Made by a program: the position numbers and the translations under genes. Positions 26,949 to 37,164 of a DNA stretch of 52,080 nucleotides are shown piece by piece. The notes below the pieces were generated by a model. The model was not told the DNA's origin, searched no databases, and was given only the letters and a program-made list of their open reading frames with translations. The DNA lies in contig CAVSOU010000020.1 in assembly GCA_963729625.1 (NCBI GenBank), positions 1 to 52,080 on the forward strand, given 5' to 3'. Position 1 is the first letter of the stretch. Each line of letters begins with the position of its first letter. Origin of the DNA: an uncultured bacterium. GTDB taxonomy: Bacteria > Chloroflexota > UBA5177 > JANWHV01.

Positions 26949-27821
26949 ATGTACAACGTGAAGGTCCTGGTTCTCTTGACGCTTCTCGCCTCCAACCCGC
27001 TCTGGGGCGCGCTCGTGGCCTATGCGGTGCGAGGCGCGGCCCGCGTGCTCCGCTCCGGTCGCAGCGCCGCCTTTCTCGCCGCCGGCTTGACCGCCGTTGT
27101 GACGCTCGCCGGCTGCGGCGGGGCCAGCAGGCACACGCAGGCCATCCCGCTCCGGCCCGGCGTCGCCCTTTACGCGTGTATCGCCGAGCAGTTCAATACG
27201 CGCTACGTCGGCGGAGATCTGCACGTCGCCCTGGTCAGGGCGGCCCTGGCCCTCCCCGCCGTGGGCACCGGCGCGAGCGACGCCGACGCGGAGCGTCTCG
27301 ACGGCGGCGCGGCCCCAGGCAAGATCATCGCTCGCGGCCACATCGACGCCGTACCCGCCCCCGCCCTCACGCCGGTGCCCAACCGCTACACCCGAGCGGA
27401 GTACCGGGCCGCCGTGGCCACCGCCAACGCCTCGGCCGTGGCGGCCAGTGCCGCCGCCCTGCAGCATGCTCGTGTCCAGGCCCACCAGTTCGCGACCGCC
27501 CTCTTCGCCAAGCAGGTCGACCGCTCGCTCCAGGGCAGCGACCTCGGCGCGTGCCTGGGTGGCGGGGCCGCCTTCTTCGCCTCCCACCCCGGCCAGACCC
27601 CGATCCTGGTGGTGTCCGGCCGTCTCGTGCCCGAGGGCCCGCAGACAGCCCTCACCGGCGTTGACCTGCGCAAGGCAGCCGTGCATCTCGTCTTCTACTG
27701 CGAGGAAACCGCGCAGTGTCCGGCCCGTCTGCAGGCCTTTCGTGCCACCCTGAGTCGCCTGGATGCCGGCTCCATCACCGTCTCGCCGCCCGAAGATCTC
27801 GCCCTGCTCACCCTGGTTTAG
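26949..27821 (+). CDS. membrane-anchored/lipoprotein with possible degenerate vWA-like fold
   Basis: hydrophobic N-terminus, LAGC lipobox-like motif, GSDLGACL...PILVVSG; GAAAGG RBS. Confidence 0.6.
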   Translation: MYNVKVLVLLTLLASNPLWGALVAYAVRGAARVLRSGRSAAFLAAGLTAVVTLAGCGGASRHTQAIPLRPGVALYACIAEQFNTRYVGGDLHVALVRAALALPAVGTGASDADAERLDGGAAPGKIIARGHIDAVPAPALTPVPNRYTRAEYRAAVATANASAVAASAAALQHARVQAHQFATALFAKQVDRSLQGSDLGACLGGGAAFFASHPGQTPILVVSGRLVPEGPQTALTGVDLRKAAVHLVFYCEETAQCPARLQAFRATLSRLDAGSITVSPPEDLALLTLV

Positions 27822-27839
27822 CGTTAAGGAGTTGTCCGC

Positions 27840-29057
27840 ATGTTCAGCTGGCCCCTCTTTCTCGACGTCACCCTCAAGGCCTTGGCCGCCGTCACGCTGC
27901 TCACCTTGCTCGCTCTCCCGCTGCGCCTGGCTCGTGGTGAGCGCCTGATCCTCGCCCTGTTCGCCATGCCGCTGGCTGTCCTCTCCGCTCCCTTCGCCGC
28001 CCTCGGTGCCGCGATCCTCCTGCTGGCAGCCGTGCTGCGTCACCTGACGGCCGGCCTGCTCGCCCTCGCCCCCCCGGAGCGCCGAGCCGAGGCCGGGGTC
28101 TTGAGCTGGTACCTGTTGCTGCCCTTGCTTGAGATCGCGCTGGCGGCCCTCCTGGTCGCCTCCGGGGTCGGGTTCGACTCTATTAAGTTCACGGGCTTGG
28201 TGGGCGGTGACGCCGGCACCGTCGACGCCAGCACGTTGGGCACCGCGCTCGCGCTCAGCTGGATGCTGGGCGGTACGCTCTGCGCTCTTATCCTGGCCGA
28301 CAGCTTCGGCCACAGCCCGCTGGGCAAGGACGCCGACGGCCGGGGCATCAGCATGAGCATGTGGTTCGGCCACGTCTCCGGCAGGCTTCTCCTCGCCGTG
28401 CGCGGGCTGGCTCTCATCGCCCTGGCCCTCTACCTCCTGAGCGCGTTCTTCTTCGCCCTCTGGAGCGCCGACCCCAACAACGATCAGGCTGCCCAGAGCT
28501 TCATGCTCTGCTACGTCATCGCCGTGGTGCTCATCACCATCCTGGCCGGCGCCACGCTGCCGCACACCGCCAAGGCCCTGGTGATCGTCGCCTTTGCTCT
28601 CCTCTGGCTCCTGTGCCACGCGCTGCAGATTCTGGTCTGGATTCCCATCGCCCTCATCGAGGCAGTCCGCGACTTCGCGCTCGTGGCCCTCGCGGTCCTC
28701 GCCGACCTGGCCTTGCTGCTCTTCGTCCGCAGTCGCCGCCAGCCGCCTACCGCCACGCCGCCCGAGGCCGAGCCGACCGTCACCTCCGCCTCCCCCAAAC
28801 CCGTCGCCTTCCGCCAGGCCGAGGAGACGCCACCCGCCACACCGGCGGCCGAACAGCCTGCCACCGCTGCCCTGCCCAGTCAGACTCCGACGCCGGCCGC
28901 CCCGAGCACTCCCGCAGGACCCGCCGCGGGCGACACCGAGGACTACGGCCTCCCTGCTGCCGTCGGTCCGCGCGTTCGGGTGGTTCCCACGCTCGCGACC
29001 GCCACGAACGGCTCTACCCCGCGGCACACCACCCCGCCCGACGCCAACGGCTGCTGA
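27840..29057 (+). CDS. multi-pass membrane protein with Pro/Ala/Thr-rich C-terminal tail
   Basis: many hydrophobic segments; TAAGGAG RBS. Confidence 0.75.
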   Translation: MFSWPLFLDVTLKALAAVTLLTLLALPLRLARGERLILALFAMPLAVLSAPFAALGAAILLLAAVLRHLTAGLLALAPPERRAEAGVLSWYLLLPLLEIALAALLVASGVGFDSIKFTGLVGGDAGTVDASTLGTALALSWMLGGTLCALILADSFGHSPLGKDADGRGISMSMWFGHVSGRLLLAVRGLALIALALYLLSAFFFALWSADPNNDQAAQSFMLCYVIAVVLITILAGATLPHTAKALVIVAFALLWLLCHALQILVWIPIALIEAVRDFALVALAVLADLALLLFVRSRRQPPTATPPEAEPTVTSASPKPVAFRQAEETPPATPAAEQPATAALPSQTPTPAAPSTPAGPAAGDTEDYGLPAAVGPRVRVVPTLATATNGSTPRHTTPPDANGC

Positions 29058-29274
29058 CAGCCACGCTCCAGCCTGTAGCATTGGCCGTGGGCTGGAGCCT
29101 GGCCCGCCTCGCATAACCACTCTCTTCAGCCCTGCTTACTCCGGAAGATAGTCCGCGATGAATCAACCGATCTCTACCGCTCACATGACTGGGGCTCTTC
29201 CGCATAAAGCGTGACCGACTCTTTGTTAGGCAGGTCGTCACGAGCGCTCCCGTGCGGGCCTCAGTGCTTCCAGC

Positions 29275-30276
29275 CTACGGTTGCTCCTCCCTCTGGCGGT
29301 TGACTTCGAGCACCATCCGCCGCAGCGTGTCGTCACCTCGCTGGACCAGATCCAGCAACGCCGCTGTGATCTCTGTGTCGTGGTAGCGAAGCCGTCCGAG
29401 CGTCTGGACGGTCCAGATCTGACCGCCGGCACTGCTGGTGCGCAACTGCGCCAAGAGGTATGCTCTGCACTCGGACAACTGCTCGTTCTCGAAGGCCAAT
29501 GTCTCGCCACACAGGGTGCGCAGTCGGCGACGATCGGCAGCCTCATCCGGCATGTGATAGCCCCATGCCTCTCTGCACGTTGCGTAGATATCGTCCACAA
29601 GCGCAGCCCACCGCGCTCCGAGGTGTCTTTGCGCGAGCGCAACCGCCTCAGCCTTGCTCGCAGCAGCGTCGCCCGACCGCAGGGCGACGAGGACGGTCGC
29701 AGCCCAGCACACGACCGCGACAAAGAGCCGCATGGTCGAGGTGCCGTGAGGCGGGCGGGGCTGGAAGTCGTAGCCGTAGAACTCGCCCGCCGGGTCGGGA
29801 TAGCACAGTGGATAGCTGAGCGGACCGCGTTCACGCCGGATCAGCGACAGGTGGAAGAGAGACTGATCGATTGCCTCCTGGATGAAAAGTCCGAGCGGTA
29901 CGTGCGGGAGGCGCGCCTTAATGTCGGTCCCGGCGATCAAGCGTCCAGCATTGGCAATGCGCATGTCGCCAGTACACAAGAGTTCATCCGCGCCGAGCGC
30001 GAAGAGATCGAGCCGAACCGTCCCTATGGCGTTGCAGCTAGCGGCAAGGCGCTCGCAGTCGTCCACGTCCCTCTGCGTCAGGTGGCCGCGCAAGACGAGG
30101 CACACGTCTAAGTCGCTGAGGTCGTCGTAGCGATCCCTGCCCCACACTGCCTTACCCTCGGCGACACTGCCGATTACATAGCTCGCCTCGACGCGTCCCG
30201 GGAACGCGAGGTCGGAGAGGTCGACGACACCACCAAGTACGCGATCGACGGACTCAACTCCCGTTGGAAGAAACAT
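29275..30276 (-). CDS. pol-beta-superfamily nucleotidyltransferase with helical C-terminal domain
   Basis: YVIGSVAEG...SDLDVCLV motif and later acidic LDLF strand. Confidence 0.75.
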   Translation of the reverse strand: MFLPTGVESVDRVLGGVVDLSDLAFPGRVEASYVIGSVAEGKAVWGRDRYDDLSDLDVCLVLRGHLTQRDVDDCERLAASCNAIGTVRLDLFALGADELLCTGDMRIANAGRLIAGTDIKARLPHVPLGLFIQEAIDQSLFHLSLIRRERGPLSYPLCYPDPAGEFYGYDFQPRPPHGTSTMRLFVAVVCWAATVLVALRSGDAAASKAEAVALAQRHLGARWAALVDDIYATCREAWGYHMPDEAADRRRLRTLCGETLAFENEQLSECRAYLLAQLRTSSAGGQIWTVQTLGRLRYHDTEITAALLDLVQRGDDTLRRMVLEVNRQREEQP

Positions 30277-30304
30277 GATCAGGCCCTTGGTTGTCTCGTA
30301 GTGC

Positions 30305-30951
30305 TCAGGCCGCATGCAGGACACGCTGCCGGAGTAGATCCAGCTTCATCCTACCGTACGCACTGCGCTTGAGCACCCTGTGAATATGCCCTTCGACCGG
30401 CCCGTTCGACCATGGGAGCGTCAGCGCTGCGCGCACCGCAGCGCCGTCCTGCTCGAGGCTCGCTGCGAAGTTGCGGAGTTCAGGTGCGGGCCCTACGGCG
30501 CACTCTGCGATCCAGGCCTCAAAGGCATCGACCTGCCGTTGCCGCACCATGGTGGCGAATTGGGCAACCATACCCTGCAGCCAGGCCAGCCCTACGTGCT
30601 GCCGTAGCTGCTCCCACAACGCGCGATCGTCTGCGTCCAAGCCGCAAGCAGCAGCAACGCGGTCACGACCACCCGTACTACAGGCATCGGCAGCTCACTT
30701 CACCCTGCTCGCCCGCTCCTGCGGACAGGTGGCGCGGGGTACAAGCAGGCGTCACGCTCAAGCATACTCCATCCAGCGCGCCTATCCCGCGCTGTCGCCA
30801 GCGGGCTCACGGGGCGCTTGGAGCAGCTTGGCTGCAACAAAGTCGATCTGACGCCTCAACACATCGCGCCACGATCGGCGGCGGGTAAGGTTCCTACCGG
30901 TGCCAAGGTCGTGGTCGGGACGACAAGGATTTCACGAGAAGTCGGTGGAAC
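30305..30951 (-). mobile_element. ISL3-family remnant (transposase C-terminus, internally deleted)
   Basis: AALTLPWSNGPVEGHIHR, LKRSAYGR..DLLRQRVL; possible terminal sequence near 30931-30951. Confidence 0.8.
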
Positions 30952-31199
30952 TGTCCTGGCGTGGGCGAAATGCCGCACGACCAACCGGGTCTTTTCGTGC
31001 TCTCAAGAACCGACAGCGGTGCTGATCGGCGACAATGGCTCGCGAGATAACGTGCCCACTGTCACGGCCACTAGCTCGGACGGCCAGCCATAGCGAGAGC
31101 GAGCGCCCCAATCCATCAAGGCACAAGCATTTTCTGGCCCGCCGACGTGCTGAACTACATCGTTGAGCGACGGACCAGACTGAATGATTTCTAAGTGTG

Positions 31200-31325
31200 T
31201 CAACGTGTGAGCCGTTCTCGGATCGCCTCAGTGACCAGTTCTTGCAAAGTCATGTCGTGCTCGGCTACATAGCGTCGAAGCTCACGCCGAAGAGCTTTCG
31301 GCAAGCGCACGGAGAAGATCACCAT
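31200..31325 (-). CDS. ribbon-helix-helix protein (ParG/CopG-like); probably starts at ATG 31422 with a frameshift
   Basis: MVIFSVRLPKALRRELRRYVAEHDMTLQELVTEAIRERLTR translated by hand; immediately downstream of parB. Confidence 0.75.
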   Translation of the reverse strand: MVIFSVRLPKALRRELRRYVAEHDMTLQELVTEAIRERLTR

Positions 31326-31426
31326 ATCCTCGTCAGGAAGTGCGCGGCGGGGGAAGGACAGGTGTTTCAGCAGGATTGATCAGCCGTTTCGCGGTGTGGG
31401 AAGCGTCACTAAACGAGGACATAGGT

Positions 31427-32437
31427 CTACCTGCTTGCTTCTAGAAGACGGAGCTCGAGCTGCTCCAAGGTGAGTCCATACCGGCGAGCCCATGCCAGGG
31501 CTGTAAGAATGGTTGTGGCAGCTCCAGGTGGTGCCAGGAGTGCCGTGAACTCGGCATCCTGCTCGTCTGCTTCACCCTCGTGCACCATGTCATTCTGCGG
31601 TGTGTCACGAAGGGGGATCCCCGCTTCGGCATGATCCTCTTGCGCCCATTTACTCTGGTGTGGACGGGAACCGTCCAAGAATTCCATGCCTTTCCGTGTC
31701 GTCTGCGATCCCTTCTCATGACGCGCGCTGCGCAGTCTCATTTGCTGGATATCTTCTCGTCGAAGGGGGCCTTGCTCTGCCTGATTAATGAGCTTGGCGC
31801 GGTCTCGCTTGTGCGTTATGCGTGCCACGGCGGTCGCAGCGGTAGGCGTGAGAACACCCTTGTCGAGTGCTTGGGCAACGTCGTCGTACCTCAACCACGA
31901 GAATCGTTCCTCGACATAGGTGTGACTCTTATGTATGCGGTCGGCGAGGGTGCGGCGGTCCTTAATACCCTCGACGTCCATGAATTCCTTCATCGCCTGC
32001 GCCTCTTCCAGCGGGCTCAGGTCCTCTCGAAGGAGATTCTCCGTCAGTTGCAGGATGCGCCGATGTGCCCCCTCGCTATCGCGTACAAGCACGGAGATAT
32101 GACTGAGACCGGCCATCTGGGCAGCGGTATAGCGGCGGCCGCCGGCAACGACGACGTACCGATATCGGCCATCCGCCAGGGTTCCTTCCCGCCGTACCAC
32201 CAATGGCTGAAGGATGCCATGCTCGCGTATGGAGTCCGCCAGTTCCTGCAGACTGGCTTGGTCGAAGTGCTTCCGGGGCTGTTCGGGGTCGGGGGAGATC
32301 ATTTCAATGGGCAGCAACAGGGCGCCGTCAAGCATCCGTTCACTGTCAAGGTGGCGTCCCGCATCTGGTGTGATCAGCGCAGGTCGCTGCCCGCGCCTCA
32401 TGACGCGGTCGAATTCTTTGGGAGACTTAGTGGCCAT
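31427..32437 (-). CDS. parB: ParB/RepB/Spo0J partition protein
   Basis: PDPEQPRKHFD, LADSIREHGILQPLVVR, VAGGRRYTAA, ENLLREDLSPLEEA, HTH. Confidence 0.95.
   Translation of the reverse strand: MATKSPKEFDRVMRRGQRPALITPDAGRHLDSERMLDGALLLPIEMISPDPEQPRKHFDQASLQELADSIREHGILQPLVVRREGTLADGRYRYVVVAGGRRYTAAQMAGLSHISVLVRDSEGAHRRILQLTENLLREDLSPLEEAQAMKEFMDVEGIKDRRTLADRIHKSHTYVEERFSWLRYDDVAQALDKGVLTPTAATAVARITHKRDRAKLINQAEQGPLRREDIQQMRLRSARHEKGSQTTRKGMEFLDGSRPHQSKWAQEDHAEAGIPLRDTPQNDMVHEGEADEQDAEFTALLAPPGAATTILTALAWARRYGLTLEQLELRLLEASR
31648..31680. repeat. parS-like palindrome, copy 1 (inside parB)
   Basis: TGGACGG-GAA-CCGTCCA within a 33-bp sequence repeated at 33340-33372 with one mismatch. Confidence 0.7.
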
Positions 32438-33210
32438 GGTTGTTGGAGCGCTCCTTCAGCACACGTTCTGCGAGGAGGCGATAGGCTGCAGCAGGTGAAC
32501 TCTGTGGGTCATACGTGACGACGGCCATACCTTTATTCGTTGCACGCTTCACAGCCACCGATTGCGGTACTGGTTCGGTTACTAGCTCGCCATAGGTAGC
32601 GCGCAAGGCACGCACCCCCTCGGTATCGTGATTGTTGTTGGCCACGCGGCTGGGCACGATGGCGAATAGTCGCGCAGCCTGCAAGGCAGCCAGTTCGTCA
32701 CGGAGTAATAGCGTATCCTCAAGGGCGTCGAAGTCTTGCTGGGTCAATTCCGTGGGCAAGATCGCAATATTCGTGGAGAGCAGGGCGGCATTGAGCGCAA
32801 AGCCCAACGCAGGTGGCGTATCGAGAACGATGTAGGCATACCCCACCACTGAGTTCAGAAGACTGCGAAGGCGCAGATAGTAGGTAGGGTTCTGCGCCAA
32901 CGCGAGGGCTGTAGTCTCGATGCTCACATCCCCCGGCACGATGTCAATGTTCTGCTTCACGGAGCGGATGAGGTCAGTAATGCCGAGCTGCGGTTTGAGC
33001 ATGCGATCGCCAATGCCGCCAAGACCGGCGGATCTCCCCTGCGAGAAGTATGCGTGTGAGTGATGCCTGTGGATCCAGGTCAACAAGAAGCACCCGAGCA
33101 CCTTGTTCAGCGAGGGCACCGGCTAGGTTTAGGGCTGTTGTCGTTTTCCCCACGCCGCCTTTCCTGCCGGCAATAGCGATCAGCAACGGGGCCACGATCT
33201 CGTCAGGCAC
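32427..33210 (-). CDS. parA: ParA/Soj ATPase, frameshift near 33040
   Basis: [20 protein letters not shown] in one frame; [18 protein letters not shown] in the next. Confidence 0.93.
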
Positions 33211-33339
33211 AATTACCTCTCAGGTTGGTGACAATCCAGCATGTCAGCATGTCAACATGATGGCTCATGGCGTGTGGGCATGCTAGAAGGTTTTCCACGA
33301 ATCTCGGACTGAGTGTGAATTGATCGCCGGTCTGCATCG

Positions 33340-33372
33340 ATTTACTCTGGCGTGGACGGGAACCGTCCAAGA
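33340..33372. repeat. parS-like palindrome, copy 2 (upstream of parA)
   Basis: see 31648-31680. Confidence 0.7.
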
Positions 33373-33402
33373 TCGGCCACCAGATTCAGCAGGGTGGCAT
33401 AC

Positions 33403-33870
33403 TCAGCCGACGTGCTCGATGAACGGCGCCCGCGGCTTGCGAGTGTAGATCAGGTCGTGCTGTTCCTGGGTAGGCTCCCCACCCGGCCAGAAATCGCGGT
33501 ACACGATAAACATGTTGCGGTACGGGGAGTGGTCCTTGTGCTGCACGAAGTCCCGGTAGCACACCGAGCGCCGCGACAGATGGTTGATCATGAAGTCGAC
33601 CATCACGTCAAAGCGGTCGGCCAGCGTCCGTATCTCCTCCCAACTGCCGAAGGCGGGGTCGACCTCGTCGTACGTCGTGGGCGCGAACCCGCGATCGGCG
33701 GAGGATGGGTAGAAGGGCAGAAGATGAATCCCGCCCACGATGCCAGTGCAATATCGGGCGACGATGTCGCTCAGCTCCTCCAAATTGCGGCCCAGGCTGT
33801 CGGCGTAGGTGATGAGCAGGACCTGATTCCTCATCCGTTTTCGCGCTTCCGCCGTATGTGCTTCACTCAT
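33403..33870 (-). pseudogene. gtfA: sucrose phosphorylase (GH13) N-terminal fragment
   Basis: LITYADSLG, GGIHLLPFYPSSADRGFAP, DFMINHLS, DLIYTRKPRAP; ends after ~155 aa. Confidence 0.88.
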
Positions 33871-35327
33871 GACCCTGCTTGCTCCTCGCCCACACGCCCG
33901 TGCGACGGCCAAACAGGCGTCATATTCCAGATGTCCAGCGACATGACGCATGCAGGACCGCCCTCGGCGAACAGCGCGATCCCGCCTGCATCCGGGCGCG
34001 TGGGATAGATGCGATCGGTCAGACAGAGGCGGCCATTGGCGAAGATCTCCAGCACCGAGCAATCGAGGAAGATGTGCAGGCTGAGCGGCTCACCCGGTGC
34101 GAGCAGGAGTCTGCCGCCGCAGGGTTCGCGATCCACCTCCGGATCGAGGCTGGAGCACGCGCGATCGACCCACAGCCTTGAGGCCGCGACGTCGTAGCCG
34201 ATGCGCGTCTCTTCCCGGCCGTCCGGCGTTCGCCGCACAACGATGCCGCAGGTACCGGACTCGCCGGGCTCGAGCACCATTTGGATCTCCAGGCACGCGC
34301 CTGCCACATCATCCAGCACGGTCCTGCTGTCCGACGGCAACGGCATGCTCGACGTCGCATTGCGGGCGCCGCGCAGCACGGCCAGCTCGGGAGCAGGGCT
34401 CATGCCGAGGGCACCATCGGCGCGCATGCTGAGCACGCGCGGCAGTGACATCACGCCGGCCCAACCGGCCGCCTGCGCCGCGGCGTCGCCGCGTCCCTCC
34501 CTGATCCAGCCCCACATCAGGCGACGCCCTGCCGTGTCGCTCAGCGATCGCGGCGCGTAGAAGTACCGGCCGTAATCGACCACGTCCCGCCGCTCCGGCC
34601 GGAAGCGATGATCCTGGTACGGGCCGGCGAACGCCTGCACGACCCGATCGAACTCACTCGAGACGACCAGCACATGGCGGCCATCGAGGGGAAAGAAGTC
34701 CGGGCACTCCCACATCAGGCCGCTCGCCCCATCGCCGACCAGTAGGGGACCCACGTACTGCCACTGCAGCAGATCGGATGACCGGTAGAGGAGCACCGCG
34801 CCGGCCACGCCGCGCAGGCCGCTGCCAAGCACCTGGTACCAGGTACCGCTATCGCGCCAGACCATAGGATCGCGAAAGCCGATGACGTCCAGCTCGCTGG
34901 GCGGTGCTGCAATGATGGGATTGCCAGGATACTTCCGCCAGCTAAGCAGGTCGTCGCCGCTCGTGGCCAGGCACGGCAACTGCTGTGACCCGCGGCCCCC
35001 GGTGTAGATCAGGGTCGGTGTCCCGTCGTGGTCGACCGCGCAGCCGGACCAGCAGCCGTCCGCGTCGGCCGAGCCGGGAGTTGGCGCCAGTGCGACAGGC
35101 CGGTCGGTCCAGTGGACGAGGTCCTCGCTTACGGCACTCCCCCAGTGGATGTTCTCCCAGGTCGGACCGGAGGGGTTGCACTGGTAGAAGAGGTGGTAGC
35201 GGCCGCCGTACTGGATGAGTCCGTTGGGGTCGTTCATCCAGTTGGCCGGCGGCAGAAAGTGGTAGAGCGGGCGGTGGGCGTCGCCGGCCAGCCGGCGGCG
35301 GGTGGCGACGAAATCATCATCAGGCAT
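33867..35327 (-). CDS. GH32 beta-fructofuranosidase / sucrose hydrolase
   Basis: WMNDPNG, WSG, FRDP, MWECPDF, SVLEIF motifs; ATG at 35327. Confidence 0.95.
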   Translation of the reverse strand: MPDDDFVATRRRLAGDAHRPLYHFLPPANWMNDPNGLIQYGGRYHLFYQCNPSGPTWENIHWGSAVSEDLVHWTDRPVALAPTPGSADADGCWSGCAVDHDGTPTLIYTGGRGSQQLPCLATSGDDLLSWRKYPGNPIIAAPPSELDVIGFRDPMVWRDSGTWYQVLGSGLRGVAGAVLLYRSSDLLQWQYVGPLLVGDGASGLMWECPDFFPLDGRHVLVVSSEFDRVVQAFAGPYQDHRFRPERRDVVDYGRYFYAPRSLSDTAGRRLMWGWIREGRGDAAAQAAGWAGVMSLPRVLSMRADGALGMSPAPELAVLRGARNATSSMPLPSDSRTVLDDVAGACLEIQMVLEPGESGTCGIVVRRTPDGREETRIGYDVAASRLWVDRACSSLDPEVDREPCGGRLLLAPGEPLSLHIFLDCSVLEIFANGRLCLTDRIYPTRPDAGGIALFAEGGPACVMSLDIWNMTPVWPSHGRVGEEQAGS

Positions 35328-35335
35328 GCGCAGGC

Positions 35336-36184
35336 TCACTTGAGGCCCGTCGAGGCGATGCCCGCCACGAGGTAGCGCTGGAAGAAGAGGAACAGAAGGT
35401 AGACCGGCACGGTGATCGCGAAGGCCGCCGCCATGACCGTGCCCCAGGGGATCGGCGTCTGGGCGTAGAGCGACTGGAGCCCGACCTGCACGGTCCAGTA
35501 CTGCTGGTCGGTGGTCGAGATGAACGGCCACAGGAAGTCGTTCCAGCGGTCGAGAAAGGTGAGAAAGGCAGCGGTGAGCAGAGCTGGCTTGGCGTTGGGC
35601 ACGATGATCGTCCAGAAGGTGCGCCAGAGGCTGGCGCCGTCGATGAGCGCCGCTTCCTCCAGCTCGCGCGGCAGCGAGAGGAAGAACTGGCGCAGCAGGA
35701 AGATAATCAAGGGGTTGGCCAGGAAGGGCACGATGAGCGCCCAGTAGGTGTTGATCAGGCTGAAGTTGGCCATCTCCAGGTAGAGGGGCAGCAGGATGGC
35801 CTCGAAGGGAATGATGATTAGCGCGATGATGGCCGTGGTCAGCAGCGCCCGGCCCGGGAAGCGCAGGCGGGCGAGGGCGTAGGCTGCCATGCCGTTCACG
35901 ACCAGGTTGACGGGAATGATCACCGTCACGTAGCCGAGCGAGACGCCGATGTACTGCAGGAAGGACTGCGAGAAGATGCTCCGGTAGTTGTCCAGGGTGA
36001 AGGGAATGGGGACGAGGGTGTGCCAGCTGCCCACCTCGTAGAGCACGTACTGGGTGGGGCGGAAGCTCGCCGCGAACAGCCACCACATGGGAAAGAGAAA
36101 GATGAAGGTGAGCACGACCAGCAGGGTGTAGAGCGGCGCGCGTGTGCGCCATGGGCGGCCGGGCCGGCGATGTCCAGGTCTCAT
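35336..36184 (-). CDS. carbohydrate ABC transporter permease (MalG-like)
   Basis: ELEEAALIDGAS EAA loop, WNDFLWP. Confidence 0.95.
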   Translation of the reverse strand: MRPGHRRPGRPWRTRAPLYTLLVVLTFIFLFPMWWLFAASFRPTQYVLYEVGSWHTLVPIPFTLDNYRSIFSQSFLQYIGVSLGYVTVIIPVNLVVNGMAAYALARLRFPGRALLTTAIIALIIIPFEAILLPLYLEMANFSLINTYWALIVPFLANPLIIFLLRQFFLSLPRELEEAALIDGASLWRTFWTIIVPNAKPALLTAAFLTFLDRWNDFLWPFISTTDQQYWTVQVGLQSLYAQTPIPWGTVMAAAFAITVPVYLLFLFFQRYLVAGIASTGLK

Positions 36185-37140
36185 GCTCGGTCCTCCCGGA
36201 TCAGCGCTCGCTGGATGACCTGAATGAGCAGCACCAGCAGGAAGAACACCACGGCCATCGCCGACCCGTAGCCCAGGCGGGAGTACTGGATGCCGTTTTG
36301 CACCAGCTCGAAGATGATAGTGCGCGTGACCCCAAAGGGGCCGCCGCCCGTCATCACGTAGACCTGCGTGAAGAGCTTGAAGGCGAAGGTCGTGGTGATC
36401 ACCACCACGAAGATGATCGTGTTGCGGAGCTGGGGGATCGTGATCAGCCAGAACTGGGCAAACTTGGATGCCCCATCGATGGTGCTCGCCTCATAGAGCT
36501 GCTCCGGAATGCCCTGGAGGCCGGCGAGGAAGAGGACCATCTGGTAGCCCACACCCTGCCAGATGGACATGACCACCAGCGCCGGCATGGCCTGTGACGT
36601 ATCCTGCAGGAATGGCTGGCTGGGCAGGTGCAGATCCTGGAGGACGGCGTTGAACAGGCCGTCCCCGCTGTAGAAGAAGCTCCAGAGCACCGAGACCACC
36701 ACCATCGAGGTGACCACGGGACTGAAGAAGGCGGTGCGGAAGAAGGCGCGTCCCCGGAGCGGCTGGTTGATCAGCACGGCCAGCAGGAGGGCAAGGAACG
36801 ACTGGATGGGCACGATGAGCAGGGCGAAGTAGAAGGTGTGGACGATCGAGTCCCGGAACTCACCGTCGTTGGCCAGGCGCGTGAAGTTGCGCCACCCGAC
36901 GAAGGTCGCGGCCGACGGGTCCACGAGCGTGGCATTGGTGAAGCCGTAGCGGACCATCTGCAGAGCAGGGTAGACCATGAACGTCACCAGCAGCGCAAGC
37001 GCCGGCAACATGAACAGCCAGCCTGCCCACTTTTCCTGCCTGTACACCGTTGCCCCCTTTGCCACGCCCGCGGTTACCCTGTCGTGCCGTTGGTCGACTG
37101 CAACCTGCCCGGGAGGGTGCTCGAGCCTGCTGCCGATCAC
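36181..37140 (-). CDS. carbohydrate ABC transporter permease (MalF-like)
   Basis: FLAGLQGIPEQLYEASTIDGAS, TGGGP. Confidence 0.95.
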   Translation of the reverse strand: MIGSRLEHPPGQVAVDQRHDRVTAGVAKGATVYRQEKWAGWLFMLPALALLVTFMVYPALQMVRYGFTNATLVDPSAATFVGWRNFTRLANDGEFRDSIVHTFYFALLIVPIQSFLALLLAVLINQPLRGRAFFRTAFFSPVVTSMVVVSVLWSFFYSGDGLFNAVLQDLHLPSQPFLQDTSQAMPALVVMSIWQGVGYQMVLFLAGLQGIPEQLYEASTIDGASKFAQFWLITIPQLRNTIIFVVVITTTFAFKLFTQVYVMTGGGPFGVTRTIIFELVQNGIQYSRLGYGSAMAVVFFLLVLLIQVIQRALIREDRA

Positions 37141-37164
37141 CCTCCCCAGGACAGCCTTGCCGCG

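Noticed and set aside
26880-29120. 746-aa minus-strand ORF
   Set aside because: Antisense shadow of the two plus-strand genes, which have RBSs and coherent hydrophobic patterns
33867-36152. 761-aa ORF suggesting a long N-terminal extension on GH32
   Set aside because: The extension is an alternative frame over the ABC permease; GH32 starts at ATG 35327
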